This document shows positions 50,201 through 57,947 of a DNA stretch of 64,000 nt, one piece after another; positions within the stretch are counted from its first letter, which is position 1; the number at the start of each line of letters is the position of its first letter. Below the pieces are notes generated by a model. It was given only the letters and a program-made list of their open reading frames with translations. It searched no databases and was not told the origin of the DNA. Source of the stretch: an uncultured Flavobacteriales bacterium (GTDB lineage Bacteria; Bacteroidota; Bacteroidia; UBA10329); assembly GCA_937900875.1 (NCBI GenBank), contig CALCGD010000268.1, positions 4,334 to 68,333 on the forward strand, written 5' to 3'. The translations under genes and the position numbers were made by a program.

Positions 50201-51343
50201 GTTTGCAAAGCAGTCAGTTATTGCACCCCCAACTCCATTATTCCAAAGAAAAACAGCAAAAGAACCACCACCACCTGTGCCACCAGTGCCACTGGTACTG
50301 CCACCACCTCCGGCACCACCACCACCACCGCTACCTCCGGTTTGGTCGTTTCCGCCTTGCTGTCGGCCGCCACCGCCACCGCCACCGCCACCACCGCAGC
50401 CATCGCCACCAGCAGTGCCGTTTCCACCAGGCCCGCCTAATGTGTAGTAGCCACCAGCAAAAGCGCCAGCGGTTCCGATTGAACCTGCGCTACCTGCCAA
50501 TCCGGTTGAACCAGGTTGTCCAGCAACAGGATTATTGCCCTCGCAATCGTTATTGTTACTGCTACCAAATAGTCCGCAACCACAATTAGCTCCCGATCCA
50601 CTGTTTCCACCTGCTCCTCCGCAACCTCCAGGTCCACTACCAGCTTGCCCACCTGCGGACGAACCGTTCCATCGAGCACTTATGCCGCCATTTCCTCCAT
50701 TGTTAACTCCAACACCACCTGCTCCACCAGGAGGAGGAGCGTTTTCATATCCCGCAGGAAGTCCAGGGCTACCTGGGCTGCCAGGCGTTCCTGGAATGCC
50801 AGGAGAGCCAGGTAAGCCAGTGCCGCCTGCGCCAGTAGTTATTTCGCAACGAACGATGTTGTAGTTGGAGCTTACAGCTAAATAAATTCCGTAAACCGAA
50901 ATACCAGCTGAACCAGCATCTGCCACATTAATGGTCAAATCCTGCAAGCGAAACCCGCTCGCGTTAAGCCCCGCAAATCCAACCAATGCATTGGCCGGTG
51001 GAGGTAACGCATTTGCATTGGTTCGGTTGATAATTGTGGGAGTTCCATTGCTCTTTACCCAAGTTACAGGGTCAAAACCACCCTCAATGGTAACATCGTT
51101 GGGAATAGATATGAATTCTGTTATTGTGTAGGAACCAGCTGCTAACCACAGAATATTATCAGTGGCATTTAGCATACTAATACCGGTTAATAAATTGGCC
51201 GGGTCCGTTCTAGTTCCACTTCCGGCTGGGGTAGCTGTGGAGGTCACATAAATTGGCCCACATGTAGTCTGAGCCTGCGCCTCTACATTTTGCAGAGCTG
51301 AGATAAACGCCACTATGAGAATAAATGTAAATGACCTAAGCAT
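47255..51343 (-). CDS. Giant secreted cell-surface protein/adhesin with T9SS type-B C-terminal domain
   Basis: Signal peptide; N-terminal beta-helix-like domain; about 265-aa collagen-like Gly-rich tract; four tandem 83-aa CEGD...YEFF repeats; PKD-like (FGDGQ, YGDGS) domains; C-terminal FSPNQDRANDVF...type-B CTD. Confidence 0.88.
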   Translation of the reverse strand: MLRSFTFILIVAFISALQNVEAQAQTTCGPIYVTSTATPAGSGTRTDPANLLTGISMLNATDNILWLAAGSYTITEFISIPNDVTIEGGFDPVTWVKSNGTPTIINRTNANALPPPANALVGFAGLNASGFRLQDLTINVADAGSAGISVYGIYLAVSSNYNIVRCEITTGAGGTGLPGSPGIPGTPGSPGSPGLPAGYENAPPPGGAGGVGVNNGGNGGISARWNGSSAGGQAGSGPGGCGGAGGNSGSGANCGCGLFGSSNNNDCEGNNPVAGQPGSTGLAGSAGSIGTAGAFAGGYYTLGGPGGNGTAGGDGCGGGGGGGGGGRQQGGNDQTGGSGGGGGAGGGGSTSGTGGTGGGGSFAVFLWNNGVGGAITDCFANPGPGGTGGAGGAGGAGGVGGAGGAGGPGFGCGTSNGAPGGAGGAGGAGGAGGAGIAGPSVAVSEQGGGTPISANGTAGVPGNPPIISVDNYGCTNADITFTSPSGGAWDFGLGATPATANGSGPFAVIYSTYGRRTITFSGTAFTDFIEVFSDGPTLPTITPANGTVDVGCPNQFSTTLTGTQYDWSFGPAANPAIESGPALTTTSDVFFTTPGTYWIKVTVQTECCGPVTDSTQVIVQLNSYDVTLTASSTAICEGDPIVFTATPATYDNYEFFIDGVSVQNGPLAIYTSSSIQQGDSIYVEAFVGSCFANPSDTIVPTVNPIPTVTLASDDLDNEICEGETITFTASPAGLGNYEFFNGGTSLQNGVSEILFGTIPINNSITVIATDNGCPSAESAAIVTQVNPIPQVTLVSSDLNDSICEGDDIIFTALPLGLADYEFFEALASVQTGVSNFYQTNTLVSGTGVTVVGTSAEGCVSAASAVITTVVSPFPSVTISSSDPDDEICQGESITFTANPSGFDNYEFFDGATSVQNSASETWTTTGLVAGNSITVEATDNGCTSLASAAIVTNIITSPTVNPGSDINLCIDSPDETLAGFTPAGGTWAGTGISNPTGIFSPATSGVGVFSLSYSVANANCTTTETITATVHDLPTVLAGNYGPICAGESVGFNASGAATYVWDPATGLNNAAIGNPSASPVATTAYTVIGTDAFGCLNSDQTTLDVEPVPSAAFSGNSVCIGDTLLFENLTTPLTGVTFVWNFGDGQTSTDSIPSVLYQSEGTFDVTMVATLGNCTDDASGTITVNPTPNSLFSADPTYTTALEPLIHFEDLSENAISWSWDYGDGSALIDEQNPSYFFSDTGYQVITLTTFNSFGCPDSYSDSVYIAPFTTLYVPSAFSPNQDRANDVFYAYGEDINNIDFRVFDRWGKVLFYTNNITVGWNGTDRKTGKEVKTGIYTYQILYEDYRGRGLKKLGRVALIR

Positions 51344-51543
51344 GGGGTGGTGGAGACAAAACGTGCTATTAAATTCGAGTTGCCTGATGCAAATTACAAA
51401 TTTGGTAGGTTGCTGGCGAAAAGTGATTCAAGGCATGAAGGTGATTGCGAAAGCTATGAAACACTCATAGTGAATAACATTCCAATTCTGATTAAAACTG
51501 GTCTGTTGTTAAGGATAGTTTTGAATGAGCAAAACTCGCTAAT

Positions 51544-52458
51544 ATGAAAACCCTAAATATTTCTAGAATCTTGTTGCTGGCAGCGGCTGCGGCATTCATT
51601 TCGTCTTGTGCATCGGTCAAACCATGCGGAGATGTTTACACTGAGCAGCAACAATTTTTTCAATCGAAAAAGTTTAAGGAGGCTGTTAACGAAAGAGACT
51701 CACTTTGTGTTCGAACGTCTGATTTGGAAGGCGTTTTGGCAGCAACGGAAAAAGATTTAGAGCAAACCAGTTCTGAATTAGCGGACATCTCGAAACAGTT
51801 AGACAATGCAAAGAAGGAATACGACCAGCTTAATCTGGCTTCGGGCGCAAAAGTGGCAGGATTAAGTAGCGATTTAGCGACTAAACAAGCAGAACTTGAT
51901 GCAAAGGAGGAATTATTGAAGAACAGAGAAGAACGATTAAAAATGCTTGAAGAGATTGTCCGAAAGCAAGATGAGCTTATGAATGCTCTTTCTGATCGAG
52001 TGAAGAAGGCATTGATGGGCTTTGATGCAGATGAGCTAAGCGTTGAAATGAGAGACGGAAAGGTTTACGTTTCGATGAGTGATAAACTGCTGTTTAAGTC
52101 TGGTAGCGATGCTGTGGAGCCAAAAGGAGTGGAAGCACTTCAAAAAATTGCTGAGGTGATGATTAAAAACACCGACATTAACATGGCTATTGAAGGTCAT
52201 ACCGATAGTATTCCAATTAAGACGAATAGGTTTAAAGACAACTGGGATTTGAGCGTTGCACGTTCGGTTTCTGTAGTGCGTTTGCTACAAGATAGCGGCC
52301 TAGACCCTCAGCGAGTTACAGCGGCCGGAAAAGGCGAGTATACACCGATTAGCGATAATAGCACGAAAGAAGGTAGAGCTAAAAACAGAAGAACTGAACT
52401 TGTACTTACTCCAAAACTGAATGAATTGATGCAGTTATTGGGTCAGTATGAGAGGTAA
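51544..52458 (+). CDS. OmpA-family lipoprotein with N-terminal coiled coil (MotB/Pal-like peptidoglycan-binding C-domain)
   Basis: Lipobox (FISSCAS); coiled coil; OmpA_C motifs (GHTDSIPI...NRRTELVL). Confidence 0.85.
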   Translation: MKTLNISRILLLAAAAAFISSCASVKPCGDVYTEQQQFFQSKKFKEAVNERDSLCVRTSDLEGVLAATEKDLEQTSSELADISKQLDNAKKEYDQLNLASGAKVAGLSSDLATKQAELDAKEELLKNREERLKMLEEIVRKQDELMNALSDRVKKALMGFDADELSVEMRDGKVYVSMSDKLLFKSGSDAVEPKGVEALQKIAEVMIKNTDINMAIEGHTDSIPIKTNRFKDNWDLSVARSVSVVRLLQDSGLDPQRVTAAGKGEYTPISDNSTKEGRAKNRRTELVLTPKLNELMQLLGQYER

Positions 52459-52459
52459 A

Positions 52460-52843
52460 TTAATGTTGTTTTTTACCTAAAAACGTTGAGCGGCTACCTC
52501 CGCCCAACCCACCCGTATTCATGTCTACTTCGAGACTATCTCCAGAGAAAAATTGGACAGAATAAAAGCTTGACGCGCTAGCACCTCCTTGTTGGTAAAA
52601 CTCTCCGCTAGGTGGAATTTGAATTTCTGTTGCATCAATTAAGATGAGCGAATCACTTAGGGCGGTAACAAAAACAGTGTCCTCGGTAATAGATGAATTC
52701 TGGGTTCCGCCCATGACCCATGTATAGCCGCTTCTTGTTCCAATGTATTCCCCCTCAAAGGCATCTCGATAGTCCGTGTCAACAGGAGATTGGGTGTTGC
52801 AGCCAATTCCAAAAATGGCAAGTAGAAGTATTATGCTTCTCAT
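52460..52843 (-). CDS. Hypothetical secreted protein
   Basis: 127 aa with signal peptide; overlaps the upstream PAP2 gene by 4 nt. Confidence 0.5.
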   Translation of the reverse strand: MRSIILLLAIFGIGCNTQSPVDTDYRDAFEGEYIGTRSGYTWVMGGTQNSSITEDTVFVTALSDSLILIDATEIQIPPSGEFYQQGGASASSFYSVQFFSGDSLEVDMNTGGLGGGSRSTFLGKKQH

Positions 52844-53643
52844 AATTGATAGCTAAGATACAAGCCACCACCGCCATTTAACCCATAAGGTGAAATGGTT
52901 AACACTTTTGTAATTGACTTTCTTCTATGCAACCACGGCACTAAATATCCAATTGCTCCTCCAACGAAATATCCAGCAATAAGGTCTGTAGGGAAATGCT
53001 GACCAGATTCAAAACGTAAGTAACCGACAACGATAGGAACTAAAGCAGCGCCAGTCCAAACAAGTGCCTCGTGTACGTGGTTTTCGGAATAATCTGAGAA
53101 GACTTTTGCGGTAGTAAAGCATAATGCTGCTGTAAGCGATGTATGACCAGAAAAGAACGAAAAGCGCGCGTCACGTTCGGTTTTATGATGCATGCTAACC
53201 GAAGGATTGTAGACAAATGGTCTAGGGCGCTTAACCCCCGCTTTGGCAAATTCGGTAATACCAAGGGTTATCATGGCAACCTCAGCATAAATAAAACCAA
53301 CAACTAGGTAATCCTTTCGTGCACGTTTGTTTATCATCATAAAAGCGGGAAGAGCAAAAGAGGCATAAAGGACTGCATCGCTGGCCGTTTTCACCTTCGG
53401 ATTCCAATTGTTTATAGCAAATCGATCAATGCCAGAAAGCGCGTAAGAATCTAACGAATTGACTTGGGCGGCAGTTAATGGCCTTGTCTGATAGTCGGCA
53501 AAAACGCCACCTGCTAAAATTAGACCCGCTCCTGACGAGTAGATAAGATCCTTTTTCCAGTTGAAGTTATAGGGACTTTCTTGCGATAGGGCTGAATTCG
53601 ATAAAATGGCGCACGAAAGAAGAACGAATAGGCCGAATTTCAT
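52840..53643 (-). CDS. PAP2-superfamily phosphatase, secreted
   Basis: KX6RP (KAGVKRPRP), SGH (FFSGHTS) and SRX5HX3D-like (ESGQHFPTD) motifs. Confidence 0.8.
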   Translation of the reverse strand: MKFGLFVLLSCAILSNSALSQESPYNFNWKKDLIYSSGAGLILAGGVFADYQTRPLTAAQVNSLDSYALSGIDRFAINNWNPKVKTASDAVLYASFALPAFMMINKRARKDYLVVGFIYAEVAMITLGITEFAKAGVKRPRPFVYNPSVSMHHKTERDARFSFFSGHTSLTAALCFTTAKVFSDYSENHVHEALVWTGAALVPIVVGYLRFESGQHFPTDLIAGYFVGGAIGYLVPWLHRRKSITKVLTISPYGLNGGGGLYLSYQL

Positions 53644-54932
53644 TTGGCTAAAATTAGTTGTTGCTTGTAAAGCTTTCCCTTTTCTATGAGCACCGCAAGA
53701 TAAAGTCCATTAGGCAACCAAGATAGGTTCATCGATTTGTCAGCAACGATATTTTCAGTCGCCACCAGCAGCCCTTGAGAATTAAAGAGCTGAATTGTTC
53801 CAGGTTTGAACGAACGTATAATACCATTCGATGGATTTGGGAACAGGTTTGCAGTTTCGTTTATGCTGTTTTCATGTGTCGAGAGGGTTCCTTGGTAGTT
53901 GAGTTCTAAAACGGATGAAAGCACCGTTCCGTTTGGTCCTATACCGCCTATCAGATACTTTTTGGTAGTGCTAGTGTTTGCCATACCCCTTAAGTCCATT
54001 GGCAGTGGCAAATCGGTTTCGTTACCCCAATCTCCAGAAGTAGGGTGGTAAAACACGGTTCTGTTTATGGGCGGTACTTGTCCAGAACCATTATAAGCCA
54101 CAGCATTGAAATTGTACGTAACGGTTGAGCCACCCAACCAATGCACGGCTTCTGAAGTGGTACAGGCAGCAGCCCTATACCCGCTTATTATGGGTTCGGG
54201 TTCAGCCTCAGACCATGTAATATCGGCTGGATTTAATGGATTGATAAACCCCTTTCTCAGTTCGGTTTGAGCCACAAAATTGAATCCAGCAGCCCCTCCG
54301 AAATAGTACAGCGTATCCCCCAAAATTTCTCCCGAAGCCCCAAAGCACTTATAGTTATTGTTGTTGGGAACGGGCTCTCCAACCGACCAAGAATCTAAAT
54401 AAGTATTGTAAACCTGCACGTTTGGCACGTTAGCATTGTTGCTCCACCCAGTAACTACGAAGATTAAACTGTCTTGGTAAACGGCCTGTACATGGTCATC
54501 AATCGGCACGGGAATTTCAGTACCATCCGTAATAAACTGATTCTGAGTAATGTCAAATCGATGTACCCGATGAGATGATATTTCATTTCCGTTTGGAAGT
54601 ACATGGTAGCCACCAATAATGTAGATGATGTTTCCTACTCGACTGGCAGCAGCGGCAATTTTGCCAAGGGTATCAGGCAGATTATCCAGCTCCACTACTT
54701 GTAAAGTTGAAGTATTTACTCTCCAAGATTTTAGGTGAATCCCACTTGATAAAAGCGTAGAATCAATACCTGAAAACGAATAAATAAACGAGCCCTCGGA
54801 AGAAAACCCCTCACAAACAGCATTGTTGGATACTGGTTCGGGTAAACTAGCCACCTCGGCAACAGTCCAGTTTTGCCCTACGGATAGAAATGGAATTAGA
54901 AGCACAATAAACAGGGAGAGGATCTTCATCAT
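53640..54932 (-). CDS. Secreted beta-propeller (Kelch-like) protein with T9SS type-A C-terminal sorting domain
   Basis: Signal peptide; repeated propeller blades; C-terminus LFPNPSNGIIRSF...GLYLAVLIEKGKLYKQQLILAK. Confidence 0.75.
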   Translation of the reverse strand: MMKILSLFIVLLIPFLSVGQNWTVAEVASLPEPVSNNAVCEGFSSEGSFIYSFSGIDSTLLSSGIHLKSWRVNTSTLQVVELDNLPDTLGKIAAAASRVGNIIYIIGGYHVLPNGNEISSHRVHRFDITQNQFITDGTEIPVPIDDHVQAVYQDSLIFVVTGWSNNANVPNVQVYNTYLDSWSVGEPVPNNNNYKCFGASGEILGDTLYYFGGAAGFNFVAQTELRKGFINPLNPADITWSEAEPEPIISGYRAAACTTSEAVHWLGGSTVTYNFNAVAYNGSGQVPPINRTVFYHPTSGDWGNETDLPLPMDLRGMANTSTTKKYLIGGIGPNGTVLSSVLELNYQGTLSTHENSINETANLFPNPSNGIIRSFKPGTIQLFNSQGLLVATENIVADKSMNLSWLPNGLYLAVLIEKGKLYKQQLILAK

Positions 54933-54940
54933 TCATAGAT

Positions 54941-54965
54941 ACAAAAAAAGCGACCGAAGCCGCTT
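54941..54965 (-). terminator. Rho-independent terminator (minus strand) after the 54989-55651 gene
   Basis: AAGCG-GCTTCGGT-CGCTT hairpin followed on the minus strand by TTTTTTT. Confidence 0.6.
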
Positions 54966-54988
54966 TCATTTGTCAATCTCATCGGGTG

Positions 54989-55651
54989 TTATTTGATGGC
55001 CTTTAGCTTAACCTCTAACTCGGTTATTATGGCTTTCATTCCTTCAATTTCCTTCTTTTTGTTGGCTTGGTTACCCAAGTTTTGTTCAATAGCCGTTTTA
55101 GCCTCCTCAATTTTCTTCTCGTAATCCCTGATGCTAGACTCCTGATCGGCTTTTTCTTTTTCCAGTCCAACCAGCTCTTTTTCAAAGCCCTTTAAAAATT
55201 TAGCGGATGCTTCAATTTCATCTGAGACAACTTGTCTGGCTTGTTCTATCGCAAAATCATATACTAGCTTTTCTGCAGCAGGATACTGGCCCGGATGGTT
55301 GGCGGTGCTTAAATAAGCTCCTCCAAGGTCGAACGCGACAACTAAACGAACGCCTTGGTCTGTAGCTTCTTCAACCAATGAATACACGTCAAACGAGTTG
55401 TCACCCATTTCTTTTAACTTACAATTGTCACCAAAAATGATTGTTTTATCAGAGACTTTTCCTTTGAGATCCTTCAGCCTTTTCTTCCAAGCTTTCTTAA
55501 TGTCATCGGCATTAGAACCCGAAATTATTACGGCAAGACTGTTTCGACTCGTTCCGTCAATGGCAACCACCGCCTCGGTAATTTTTATTTGCTGCTGAGA
55601 AAAGCCTGCTGCTGAAACAGTAAGTAGTATGAGGGTGAATAGTTTTTTCAT
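54989..55651 (-). CDS. Hypothetical secreted protein with C-terminal coiled coil. The start is set at the MKKLFT Met, because the ORF-track N-extension overlaps the tRNA.
   Basis: Signal peptide MKKLFTLILLTVSAAGFSQQ. Confidence 0.55.
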   Translation of the reverse strand: MKKLFTLILLTVSAAGFSQQQIKITEAVVAIDGTSRNSLAVIISGSNADDIKKAWKKRLKDLKGKVSDKTIIFGDNCKLKEMGDNSFDVYSLVEEATDQGVRLVVAFDLGGAYLSTANHPGQYPAAEKLVYDFAIEQARQVVSDEIEASAKFLKGFEKELVGLEKEKADQESSIRDYEKKIEEAKTAIEQNLGNQANKKKEIEGMKAIITELEVKLKAIK

Positions 55652-55756
55652 TTTTATTGTTTTTTGATTAAAACCTGCTTGTTTATTGTTTAGACCCAAA
55701 AAATAGATGTTGGTCACGTCCAAATACAAGGTATACTCAAACACGTGACTAGACAA

Positions 55757-55783
55757 GTAAAAAGCCCCCTCAAATGAGGGGGC
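55757..55783 (-). terminator. Hairpin plus U-tract terminator downstream of tRNA (CAU)
   Basis: GCCCCCTC-ATTT-GAGGGGGC followed by TTTTT on the minus strand. Confidence 0.7.
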
Positions 55784-55786
55784 TTT

Positions 55787-55863
55787 TGGTGGGCCCACCA
55801 GGGCTTGAACCTGGGACCCCTTGATTATGAGTCAAGTGCTCTAACCAGCTGAGCTATAGGCCC
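55787..55863 (-). tRNA. tRNA with CAU anticodon (elongator Met or lysidine-modified Ile2); CCA encoded
   Basis: Manual fold: acceptor GGGCCTA/TGGGCCC (one G-U pair), D-arm GCTC-AGCTGGTTA-GAGC, anticodon loop CTCATAA, T-arm CCAGG-TTCAAGC-CCTGG, discriminator A, then CCA. Confidence 0.85.
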
Positions 55864-55889
55864 GCACTTTATGTGCGTTTCCGTTCAAT

Positions 55890-56564
55890 TTGAACGGACG
55901 CCAAAAGTATATATTTGACCGCTCTGATACAATACGACAATTGAAGCCATCTGACTACAAAAACATCATCTTCGATTTAGGAGGAGTGATTCTGAATCTC
56001 GATTATCAGCGGACAATTGATGCATTTCGGAAATTGGGCATTGAGGAATTTGACCAAAGCTATTCACAGCTTAATCAGACCAATTTGTTCGACAAGTTTG
56101 AGAGGGGTGAAATCGCATCATCAGCGTTCAGAGATGGATTGAGAAGTGTATTTAATGAAACCATTTCTGACGAAATACTTGACAATGCTTGGAATGCAAT
56201 GTTGTTGGATTTACCGGTTGAAAGACTTAAGGCTTTGGGGAAGTTGCGTGCTGAGAGGCGCATTTCACTTTTGAGCAACACAAATGAAATACACGTTCAA
56301 TCTTTTGAAACAGCGCTAAAAAAAGCGCACGGTTTGAGGAACCTGACTGGCTATTTTGATTATGTGTATTATTCATGTCGAATGGGGATGAGGAAACCAG
56401 AACCGAGCATTTTCGAATTTGTGATTAAGGATCAGGACTACGTTCCAGCGCAGACTGTTTTTATTGATGACTCATTGCAACACATTGAAGGCGCAAGGAA
56501 GGTTGGACTAAACGTGTACCACCTAAGGGCAGATAAGGGAGAAACAATCCTAGATTTATTCTGA
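55890..56564 (+). CDS. HAD-superfamily hydrolase (subfamily IA)
   Basis: Motif I (IIFDLGGVIL); motif IV (FIDDS) near the C-terminus. Confidence 0.8.
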   Translation: MNGRQKYIFDRSDTIRQLKPSDYKNIIFDLGGVILNLDYQRTIDAFRKLGIEEFDQSYSQLNQTNLFDKFERGEIASSAFRDGLRSVFNETISDEILDNAWNAMLLDLPVERLKALGKLRAERRISLLSNTNEIHVQSFETALKKAHGLRNLTGYFDYVYYSCRMGMRKPEPSIFEFVIKDQDYVPAQTVFIDDSLQHIEGARKVGLNVYHLRADKGETILDLF

Positions 56565-56960
56565 AATTTCCTGGCAGAGCTCGATAAGTACGCCAGAAGA
56601 GTCCTTAGGGTGGACAAAACAGATGAGCTTGTTGTCTGCACCTCGTTTTGGTTGTTCGTTCAAAAGATGAAATCCTTCAGCCCTTAGGCGTTGCATTTCG
56701 ACATGAATATCATCGACTGCGTAAGCCACATGGTGCATGCCTTCTCCTCGTTTTTCAATGAATTTTGCAATGGCGCTAGTCTCAGACGTTGCTTGTAACA
56801 GCTCAATCTTGTTGAAGGAGGTTTTAAAAAAGGCAGTGATTACGGACTCTGACTCGACCGTTTCTTGCTTGTAGCAAGGCGTGTTTAAAAGCTTTTCATA
56901 AATAGGAATTGAATCTTTTAAGCTCCTGACTGCAATTCCTAAATGTTCGATGTGGTTCAT
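56556..56960 (-). CDS. Methylmalonyl-CoA epimerase / VOC (glyoxalase) family protein
   Basis: 134 aa; N-terminus MNHIEHLGIAV and HHVAY...; two-module VOC fold characteristic of MCE. Confidence 0.75.
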   Translation of the reverse strand: MNHIEHLGIAVRSLKDSIPIYEKLLNTPCYKQETVESESVITAFFKTSFNKIELLQATSETSAIAKFIEKRGEGMHHVAYAVDDIHVEMQRLRAEGFHLLNEQPKRGADNKLICFVHPKDSSGVLIELCQEISE

Positions 56961-56966
56961 GGCGCA

Positions 56967-57000
56967 AAATAAAAAAGCCGACTCTTATGGCCGGCTTTTG
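56967..57000 (-). terminator. Hairpin plus U-tract terminator after the 57020-57889 gene
   Basis: AAAAGCCG-(11 nt)-CGGCTTTT stem with flanking A/T tracts (bidirectional appearance). Confidence 0.55.
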
Positions 57001-57019
57001 ATTATCTATGAAGATGATT

Positions 57020-57889
57020 TTAGTGCTTAAAGGTAGCCGTGGCAGTTCCAAAATTCAGGTAGTATTCTCCCTTGTCAAGACCAGAAACATCCACTCGTTT
57101 ACTAACACCTTTGGCAACAATATTTCCGTACCCGTTGTAAATCTCATAGAGCGTAACATCTGAAAAGTTAATGGCGTCCGTTGCTTTTTTACCATCTCCA
57201 GGTTGGAATGTGATTTCTGGAAGCGGAGAGTTTAGTTTCGATTCGAAAGAATATCTTGGTTTACTTCTATGGTCTTTTTGCTTAACTCTGAATCTATTTT
57301 GACCTGAGTGAACCGTAGAAAGCTGAACTTCATATTCGTTCTTTTCTGGGTTACCTTTTCCTTCAAACTCACCTACCTCAACCCACTTATTCCAACGAAA
57401 TTGCTCAATTATATATGGCAGTTTTCCTGTTTCATTCGTGGTAGTAATTTCTAATAGACCCTGCTTGCTAATGCCCATTGACGCAACATCGAAGGTGCTC
57501 ATTGGCTTTAAAACTTCTGGGTTAACAACCTTTGGTTTGCAGTCGTCCTTGTGCGAAATTCTAATCTCTACAGCTGCGCCAAGTTCAAGTTGAAAAAAGC
57601 TTAAATCAATCTCATAAGCACTAGAGTTAATTTCGTCCGTAGTCGTCTGCCCATTAACCTTTACTTCAAATGTGCAAAAACCAACACCTTCTGAGGCAAA
57701 AGGGTTTTGAACGTAAAGGTTTCTACCATGGTAGTTTCCTTCTAGAAGGATTGTACCGGCCAGTGAAGGCAATGCACAAAGAGCAAATAATAGTGGAAGA
57801 ATTTGCTTAGTGGTAGGTGTGAATCGTGTCATTTTTGTGGAAAACATGTTAGTAACAGACAATATTACGGGGTTGCAAAGATAATTCAA
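57020..57889 (-). CDS. Hypothetical secreted protein with possible divergent T9SS C-terminal domain. The start may be at an internal Met near 57832.
   Basis: Signal peptide; beta-rich; C-terminal about 70 aa loosely fit the type-A CTD pattern. Confidence 0.5.
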   Translation of the reverse strand: MNYLCNPVILSVTNMFSTKMTRFTPTTKQILPLLFALCALPSLAGTILLEGNYHGRNLYVQNPFASEGVGFCTFEVKVNGQTTTDEINSSAYEIDLSFFQLELGAAVEIRISHKDDCKPKVVNPEVLKPMSTFDVASMGISKQGLLEITTTNETGKLPYIIEQFRWNKWVEVGEFEGKGNPEKNEYEVQLSTVHSGQNRFRVKQKDHRSKPRYSFESKLNSPLPEITFQPGDGKKATDAINFSDVTLYEIYNGYGNIVAKGVSKRVDVSGLDKGEYYLNFGTATATFKH

Positions 57890-57947
57890 AACACGTGCCT
57901 AAGTACAAATTTGATTCTGGTCACTGAATATTCGACATAATACCGCC

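Noticed and set aside
49944-50864. Plus-strand ORFs encoding poly-PAPPAPP, His/Gln-rich and Ala/Thr-rich peptides (49944..50447, 50006..50440, 50089..50589, 50535..50864) and minus-strand 50218..50427 and 50437..50679
   Set aside because: All are alternative-frame or antisense readings of the Gly-codon (GGN) low-complexity tract of the adhesin gene. Only the 47255..51343 minus frame is continuous and has signal peptide, domains and CTD.
51347-51547. 66-aa ORF in the adhesin/OmpA divergent intergenic region
   Set aside because: No signal, motif or coupling. The region is more plausibly promoter DNA (a TAGTTTTG -7 element lies inside it).
55652-55798. N-terminal extension of ORF 54989..55798 (MGPPKAPSFEGAF...)
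   Set aside because: It overlaps the tRNA(CAU) gene and its terminator. An internal Met at 55651 gives a canonical signal peptide.
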